Positions 58,205-64,000 of a stretch of DNA of 64,000 nucleotides are shown piece by piece. A model generated the notes under the pieces. It did not search any database. It saw only the letters and a list, made by a program, of their open reading frames with translations, and was not told where the DNA came from. This DNA is from Sinosporangium siamense (lineage in GTDB: Bacteria; Actinomycetota; Actinomycetes; Streptosporangiales; Streptosporangiaceae). The translations under genes were made by a program, and so were the position numbers. Each line of letters opens with the position of its first letter. The first letter of the stretch is position 1. The stretch is taken from contig NZ_BOOW01000056.1 of NCBI RefSeq assembly GCF_016863435.1, forward strand, positions 16,717 to 80,716, in the 5' to 3' direction.

Positions 58205-60289
58205 TTAACCGCGCTGGTCGCCTGAGTCGCTTGATCGACCCTTACCGTGGGCCACCGGAGTGCCGTTCGGGGCCGCCCGCTCGCCTGTGGCGGCGCCGGG
58301 GGCCTCCACCTGGGGCTTTCGAGGGGATTCGGGTGAGCCGGATGTCTTTTCCCGAGTCACGTCCTCGCCCTTCCCCTGTGTCCCCGCGTCGCCCGCGGCG
58401 ATCACATCCCCGGTGACGGCCTGGGGCTCGGCGGCGGAGATGCCGCCGTTCGGCTCGCCCGCGGCGCTGTCGTCCGCCCGATCGTGGTCGGAGGCGGTGG
58501 GGGCGGTCTCGTCGCCGGGAGGCCGGTCGTGGGGCAGATGCCGATGGAGCAGGCGTGGGGAGGCGGGTGTGTCCGGACCGGCGGGTGGGGTGGCCTGGCC
58601 CGCCTTCTCCTCGGATTGGCGAGGGGCCGCCGGGTCGGTCGCGCCGTCCTTGTCGGTGCCGTCCTTGTCGGTGCCGTCCTTGTCTGCGCCGTTCCTGTCT
58701 GTGCTGTTCTTATCCGCGCCGCCCTTGTCCCCCTTGTCGGTGGTGGTCGGCTGTGAGGGGACGAGGAGGGCCATGGCGAGCTCCTGCCGTACGGAAGGAG
58801 AGCGGTGGGCGGGCGGGGTGTCCTCGGGAACGGAGGCGGGGGGCGGAACGGGGGTGTCGGGGGCCTCCGCCGCAGGCCCGGCGACCGCGGGGGCGCCGGC
58901 CCGGACGGTCTCCTGGCGGGCCAGGAAGGCGCCGTAGACGATGACGGCGAGCACGAGGAAACCCGCCACGAGGGCCCACTCGTGCACGGCGCCCACCAGC
59001 GCGTCGGCCATCTCCGGACCCGGAACCACACCGCGCAGCCACACGAACTGGATGCCGACGCTGAGCATGTAGCCGATGAGCACGGCGGAGAAGCACAGCG
59101 ACACGGCGGACACCGCGGACATCGGGCCCGCTCTTCGCAAGGACGCCACAACCGACAAAGCCGTGCCGACCGACAACAACCCGAAGAGGGCGATCAACGG
59201 CAGGCCGTCGGCCACCGGCACCATGAGCCTCACGGTGACCAATCCCCCCACGACCAGCAGCAACCCCGCCCACACCAGGGCGTGCGTGCGCTCCACGGCG
59301 ACGCGGGCGCCGACCGCGGCCGCCACGACCGCCATCGCGGAGGCCACCGCGAAGGACAGCCACAACCCGGACAGCCCCGGTCCCCCGAGCCCGCGCAGCT
59401 CCACGTTGGTGACCTGGGCCGCCGTCGGGAGAACGACCATTCCCACGATGATCATCACCAGGGCGGCGGAACGCCCCGCATGCCCGACAACACGTTCGAA
59501 CGACGCCAGCACGAGCAGCAACACCAGCGACAACCCCGCGGCCGGCAGCACGTAGGCCGACATCCAGGAGAAGGTGGTGCCGATGGCGAGAAGAGCGATC
59601 GCCGCCGACGACGCCAGGGTGGGCAACCACGGGAGCGACCAGTCGGCACGGGCATCCGCGGGGTCGCCGGTTCTGAGGCAGAGGACGAAGTAGATCGCGC
59701 CGAGAGCGAGAGCCACACCGGTGACCATCGGATAGGGCTGCAGGGTGACGCGCCACGAGGTCGCCTCGTCGATCGGCAGCAGCGCTAGGGCCTGCGCCAT
59801 CATCAGGCCGACGGCCAGCGCCGCCGCCCACACCACCCGGGCCGCGGGCACCGTGCGCCAGGCCGCGGCCAAGGTCGCGGGCGCCAGCAGGCCGGCCCCG
59901 AGTCCGTGGCCCACCCGCAAGAGCCCGACGGTCGCCGCGGAGTCGGCGAAGCCTCCCGCGGCGTCGGCCACCGCGAGGAACGCGAGCCCGAGGAGCATGA
60001 TCGCCGCAGGGCTCACCCGGCGCAGCAGCGCCGCGGCGAGCGGCACCGCGACCGCCATCGCGGGCAGCGCGAGCCCGTGGGCGCGATACATCGGCACGGG
60101 CTCCATGCCCGGCGGGAAAAGTGATGAGACGACGGAGACCGTGCTGGGCACGGCGACGATCGCCAAGGGCAACGCGAGCGCGATGAGCAGGAGGAGCAGC
60201 CCATCGCCGACCGAGGCGGGAAGCACGCGCGATGACCCCACTGGGGGAACCGCCACCGCGTGGGAGCGCTGGAATGGGGGGACGGCCAT
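58205..60289 (-). CDS. Polytopic (MFS-like, ~12-14 TM) membrane protein with ~190-aa acidic, repeat-containing C-terminal tail
   Basis: Continuous TM helices over ~500 aa. Tail contains (T/A)DKDG pentapeptide repeats encoded by a 15-nt tandem DNA repeat near 58620-58700. Confidence 0.55.
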   Translation of the reverse strand: MAVPPFQRSHAVAVPPVGSSRVLPASVGDGLLLLLIALALPLAIVAVPSTVSVVSSLFPPGMEPVPMYRAHGLALPAMAVAVPLAAALLRRVSPAAIMLLGLAFLAVADAAGGFADSAATVGLLRVGHGLGAGLLAPATLAAAWRTVPAARVVWAAALAVGLMMAQALALLPIDEATSWRVTLQPYPMVTGVALALGAIYFVLCLRTGDPADARADWSLPWLPTLASSAAIALLAIGTTFSWMSAYVLPAAGLSLVLLLVLASFERVVGHAGRSAALVMIIVGMVVLPTAAQVTNVELRGLGGPGLSGLWLSFAVASAMAVVAAAVGARVAVERTHALVWAGLLLVVGGLVTVRLMVPVADGLPLIALFGLLSVGTALSVVASLRRAGPMSAVSAVSLCFSAVLIGYMLSVGIQFVWLRGVVPGPEMADALVGAVHEWALVAGFLVLAVIVYGAFLARQETVRAGAPAVAGPAAEAPDTPVPPPASVPEDTPPAHRSPSVRQELAMALLVPSQPTTTDKGDKGGADKNSTDRNGADKDGTDKDGTDKDGATDPAAPRQSEEKAGQATPPAGPDTPASPRLLHRHLPHDRPPGDETAPTASDHDRADDSAAGEPNGGISAAEPQAVTGDVIAAGDAGTQGKGEDVTREKTSGSPESPRKPQVEAPGAATGERAAPNGTPVAHGKGRSSDSGDQRG

Positions 60290-60300
60290 GTAGGCCGACT

Positions 60301-60645
60301 TTAGCGGGAAGTCACGCCTTCGACACGGCGAGCAACGATAATCGCGGTGATCCACAGCGCGAGGAACAGCGCACCAAGGAAGAACATACTCGAAACCAGA
60401 AATCCCGCCCCGATCGCAAGAACCTGCGCAAGGCTCCCCAGCACATAGGCGAAACGCCATCTCAGCAGGCCGGCGGTGACGATGCACAACAGCGCGAGAC
60501 CGATGCCCACCGTCACGGCCAGCGCGGGGGCGACGCCGCCGACCGAGATGGCGACCGGCGTGCTCAGCCCGACGACGATCGCCTCCATGCCCAGCACACT
60601 CGCGCACAGGCGACGCATGCCCGGAGTGACCTCGAAGTTCATCAC
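60301..60645 (-). CDS. DUF4233-like small membrane protein (conserved between folC and ndk in Streptomycetes)
   Basis: Three to four TM helices. Conserved genomic position. Confidence 0.65.
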   Translation of the reverse strand: MMNFEVTPGMRRLCASVLGMEAIVVGLSTPVAISVGGVAPALAVTVGIGLALLCIVTAGLLRWRFAYVLGSLAQVLAIGAGFLVSSMFFLGALFLALWITAIIVARRVEGVTSR

Positions 60646-60773
60646 TCGCCCACCTTCACCTTCACACCGTCGTCATCTGAGCCGCGGACCCCGGCGGCGG
60701 CCTCAGCCTCGATCTCAGCGCCGATCTCAGCGCCGATCTCGGCGGCGGCCTCAAGGTCGATCTCAACGGCCAT
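60643..60773 (-). CDS. Tentative 43-aa acidic ORF (MAVEIDLEAAAEIGAEIGAEIEAEAAAG...) coupled between folC and the DUF4233 gene
   Basis: TGATG overlap with the DUF4233 start. Repetitive AEIGAEI motif. Not in the ORF track. Confidence 0.2.
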
Positions 60774-62103
60774 CCGCGCCGCCCGCCTTCAAAAGCACCC
60801 GGGCGTCGCCGGCGGTCACCACCGATCCCGTGATCAGCAGCCCCGCCCCGCTGAACTCCCCGGCCTCGTCGACCAGACCGATGCCGAGGTCGATCGCGTC
60901 GTCGATGCGCGCCGTCTTGTGGACGCGATCGGCGCCGAAGATACCTTCGGCGAGGGCGGCGAGCTCGTCGGCCTCCATCGATCTCGGGGAGGAGTTGCGC
61001 GTGACCACGATCTCCGCCGTCATGGGTTCGAGCAGCTCAAGCAGAGTGGTCACGTCCTTGTCCGCCATCACCGCCACGACCGCGATCAGCCGGGTGAAGT
61101 CGAAGGACTCGTGCACGGCGGCCAGCGTGGCCTCCATGCCCGCCGGGTTGTGGGCGGCGTCGACGAGCACGGTCGGCCCGCCCCGCACGACCTCGAGGCG
61201 TCCCGGCGACGTGACACCCGCGAAGGCCTGCCGCACCAGCTCCACATCCAGGGGATCGTCCCCGCCGGTCAACGCCTCGACCGCGGCCAGAGCGCAGGCG
61301 GCGTTGGCCGCCTGGTGCGCGCCGTACAGCGGAAGGTAGATCTCGTCATAGACGCCCTTGAGCCCCTTGAGATGGATCAGCTGGCCGCCGACCGCGAGCT
61401 CCGCGCCGAGCACCCCGAACTCGATGCCCTCCCGGGCCACCACGGAGCCGGCCTCGGCGGCCTTGTGCATCAGCACCTGAGCCGCGGACAACTGCTGCTG
61501 CCCCAGCACCACGGTCGCCCCGGGCTTGATGATGCCGGCCTTCTCGCCCGCGATCGTCTCGACGTCGGGGCCGAGGTATTCGGTGTGGTCCAGCGAGACC
61601 GGCGTGACCACCGCCACCAGGCCGTCGGCCACGTTGGTGGCGTCCCAGGTGCCGCCCATCCCGGTCTCGACGACCGCCACGTCGACGGGGGCGTCGGCGA
61701 AGGCCGCGAACGCCATCGCCGTCAGCACCTCGAAGAACGACAGCCGGACCCCTTTGGCGTCAACCATCTCCACGTAAGGCTGGATGTCACGGAAAACCTC
61801 GACAAACTGCTCCGCGGAGATCGGCTTGCCGTCCACGCAGATCCGCTCCCGCAGACTCGCGAACTCAGGGCTGGTGTAACGCCCCGTGCGCAGCTCACGG
61901 GCGCGCAGCAGCGCCTCGACCATGCGTGCCGTACTCGACTTGCCGTTGGTGCCCGCGATGTGAACGATCGGGTAGGCGCGTTGGGGATCGGCCAAAATAT
62001 CCATGAGGAGGGCGATCCGATCGAGGGTGGGATCGATCTCCCACTCAACGCCCCGGCCCCTGATCTCTGCCTCAACGGCCGCGAGCTCGTTCACTGACAT
62101 CAC
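60763..62103 (-). CDS. folC: Bifunctional folylpolyglutamate synthase / dihydrofolate synthase
   Basis: P-loop HIAGTNGKSST plus Mur-ligase middle and C-terminal domains. Conserved position upstream of ndk. Confidence 0.9.
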   Translation of the reverse strand: MMSVNELAAVEAEIRGRGVEWEIDPTLDRIALLMDILADPQRAYPIVHIAGTNGKSSTARMVEALLRARELRTGRYTSPEFASLRERICVDGKPISAEQFVEVFRDIQPYVEMVDAKGVRLSFFEVLTAMAFAAFADAPVDVAVVETGMGGTWDATNVADGLVAVVTPVSLDHTEYLGPDVETIAGEKAGIIKPGATVVLGQQQLSAAQVLMHKAAEAGSVVAREGIEFGVLGAELAVGGQLIHLKGLKGVYDEIYLPLYGAHQAANAACALAAVEALTGGDDPLDVELVRQAFAGVTSPGRLEVVRGGPTVLVDAAHNPAGMEATLAAVHESFDFTRLIAVVAVMADKDVTTLLELLEPMTAEIVVTRNSSPRSMEADELAALAEGIFGADRVHKTARIDDAIDLGIGLVDEAGEFSGAGLLITGSVVTAGDARVLLKAGGADGR

Positions 62104-62309
62104 CAGAACAGCCTAGTGCGACCGGGGGTTGCCCCAACCGTTGTCCCACCTTGCCCGCCGAGCGGGCCACGTTATCCGGGCTTACCCCGGAGATGATCTA
62201 GCGAACGCTCCGGCGCCCAAGATCAAGAGGTCATGTGGGGTGCCGAGCCTTCGGCAGGCCGAATAACCCCAGCGCACAGGCGTTCTTGGCCCGGCGGTAA
62301 CATCTGCCG

Positions 62310-63557
62310 GTGACATTGGACGCGGTTTTCTTCGACGAATGGCGGACGCGGGGCGACGGCGAGCGCCGCAGCCTTGAGCGGGCCCGCGCGCTGGTCAAGA
62401 TCCTCGGGCTGGACGTCGACAACGCCATTCCCGTCCTGTCCATCGTCGGATCCAAGGGAAAAGGCACCACGGCCACCTATGCCTCCGCCGTACTCTCCGC
62501 CGCCGGACTCCGCGTCGTCACCGTCACCGGTCCCGCCCTGCGCGACAATCGCGAACGCATTCGAGTGAACGGCGCAGCCGTCGACGACGCCACATTCCGC
62601 GATCTCGCCCGGCAGCTCGCCGGCGCGCGGCAGCACCTTCCGAACCGCGACGACGAACCCGGTTACCTCGCCCCCTCCGGGCTGTTCACCATCGCCGGAG
62701 TGCTTCACGCGCGCCAGATCAAGGCGGACGTCCTTGTGCTGGAAGCCGGAATGGGCGGGCGCTCCGACGAGGCCGCGATCTTTCCCCCCACCGTCCTCGC
62801 CGTGGCCGAGATCTTCGGCGAACACCTCGGCATTCTCGGCGAAACCGTGCCCGACATCGCCCGTGAGAAAGTCGGCCTGGCCGATCACCACACGGAAGCC
62901 GTCGTCTCACTGCCGCAGAACCCCGGCGTGCTCTTGGCCATGCGGGAGACCTCGCCCGTCGACGTCGAGGTGCTCGACCCGGCCTCGCCGGAGCCGACCG
63001 GTCCGCTTTCCTTCCCCGCCGAACTGCTGCCCATCGGTCTGAGCGGCCAGAACGCCGTCCTCGGCCACACGGCGGCCCTCCGCCTCCTCTCCCGCCGGGG
63101 ACTGCGGGTGCCGACGGCCAATTCACTCTCCGGAACGCTCCAAACCGTGATCCTTCCCGGACGGCTTTCCCTCCACCGGATCGATTCCGGCACCCACCTG
63201 CTCGTGGACTCCGCCGTCAACCAAACGGGGGCGGCCACCGCCCGATGCCACGCCGAAACCCTGTGGCCGCGCATCGACCACGTGCTCGTCTGCATGCCGG
63301 ACCACAAGGACCTCGAAGGGGTCGTCGCCGCCCTCGGCGGTCTCCCCATCACTTATGTACGGCTGCCGTTCTCCAGACTCGGTTTCAGCCGCTCGGGCGA
63401 CCGGCCTATCGTCGACGCCGAGCGGCTCACGCCCGGTTACATCTCCTCACTGGGCACCTATGTGCTCGCGATCGGCACCGTTTACTTCGCCGGCGTCGTG
63501 CTCGACACCGTCGACGCCCTCACCGAACGACTTTTCGTCCCGCCCAACGAGGCCTGA
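62310..63557 (+). CDS. FolC-like Mur-ligase-family paralog (divergent)
   Basis: P-loop-like SIVGSKGKGTT and Mur-ligase architecture (~415 aa), but shorter and divergent from the adjacent bona fide folC. Confidence 0.65.
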   Translation: MTLDAVFFDEWRTRGDGERRSLERARALVKILGLDVDNAIPVLSIVGSKGKGTTATYASAVLSAAGLRVVTVTGPALRDNRERIRVNGAAVDDATFRDLARQLAGARQHLPNRDDEPGYLAPSGLFTIAGVLHARQIKADVLVLEAGMGGRSDEAAIFPPTVLAVAEIFGEHLGILGETVPDIAREKVGLADHHTEAVVSLPQNPGVLLAMRETSPVDVEVLDPASPEPTGPLSFPAELLPIGLSGQNAVLGHTAALRLLSRRGLRVPTANSLSGTLQTVILPGRLSLHRIDSGTHLLVDSAVNQTGAATARCHAETLWPRIDHVLVCMPDHKDLEGVVAALGGLPITYVRLPFSRLGFSRSGDRPIVDAERLTPGYISSLGTYVLAIGTVYFAGVVLDTVDALTERLFVPPNEA

Positions 63558-63863
63558 TTCGGCGGCTTTTCCGGACGGGGTGCCGTGGGTGTCGAGATAC
63601 CAGCGCCCCCACGAACCCAGCCGGGCCGCGATGTCCCGCAGGCTCTCGCCCGCCTCGGTCAGCGAATATTCCACCTTCGGCGGCACCTGGCGATACACGG
63701 TGCGTTCGACCAGCCCGTCGGTCTCCAGTTCGCGGAGTTGCCGAGTGAGCATGCGCTGTGTGACGCCCGGCAGCACACGCTTGAGCTCGCCGAAACGCAG
63801 TGTGCCGCTCTCCAGGAGCTTCTCCAGAACGGCCAGCTTCCATCGTCCGCCAAGCACCTCCAT
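63447..63863 (-). CDS. HxlR-family (MarR-like) transcriptional regulator
   Basis: GGRWKLAVLEKLLESGTLRFGELKRVLPGVTQRMLTRQLRELETDGLVERTVY is the HxlR wHTH signature. Confidence 0.8.
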   Translation of the reverse strand: MEVLGGRWKLAVLEKLLESGTLRFGELKRVLPGVTQRMLTRQLRELETDGLVERTVYRQVPPKVEYSLTEAGESLRDIAARLGSWGRWYLDTHGTPSGKAAESGLVGRDEKSFGEGVDGVEHDAGEVNGADREHIGAQ

Positions 63864-64000
63864 GGCGATCTCGACCCCTCGCAAGGCAACAAGAGAAGCC
63901 CCCCACAGCGCCCCGCCAATAGCCCCCAATGCCTGGCTGAAACCGCTGTACATAACCGACTACAGAACCCCGAAAACACAAAAAGGCCGCCCACCAGGCG

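Overview
High-GC (roughly 70%+) actinobacterial chromosome segment with Streptomyces-like core synteny. All calls below come from reading the six-frame translations and the DNA by eye. No database search or HMM scan was run, so family names rest on recognised motifs.

The right half (about 33.4–64 kb) is conserved housekeeping: histidine phosphatase–rsfS–nadD, M48 peptidase, Ser/Thr kinase, DoxX, proA–proB, obg, rpmA–rplU, rne, a TIGR03936/TIGR03960 radical-SAM pair, rodA–mrdA(PBP2)–mreD–mreC–mreB, ndk, a DUF4233 protein, folC plus a divergent FolC-like Mur-ligase paralog, and an HxlR regulator.

The left part (1–15.4 kb) carries transporter and regulator genes: an AI-2E transporter (partial), a NarL-type two-component system next to an ABC-2 exporter, a TetR/MFS pair, a second MFS, a DUF1269 protein, a PTH2-domain protein and a decayed LuxR regulator.

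The middle (15.4–33.4 kb) looks accessory. It is punctuated by three near-identical tRNA-Ala(GGC) genes (two on +, one on -), with no integrase in view. Between copies 1 and 2 sits a small cassette: two decayed gene fragments, a TIGR03086-like protein, and a cyclodipeptide synthase (CDPS) translationally coupled to a four-EF-hand calcium-binding protein. Between copies 2 and 3 sit cutA, lipoprotein and membrane genes, an OmpR-type two-component system, an AA10 LPMO, and the most interesting module in the window.

That module is a 1285-aa caspase-like–STAND(NACHT-type) NTPase–WD40 protein whose start overlaps the stop of an upstream flotillin/SPFH gene (ATGA). It faces a convergent pair: a DUF4407-like coiled-coil membrane protein and a protein with a possible divergent SPFH-like N-terminus. 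I read this as a candidate membrane-scaffold-linked death/defence system.

Also seen: short direct-repeat arrays, a roughly 114-bp tandem repeat between proB and obg, hairpin terminators, and several small coupled ORFs.
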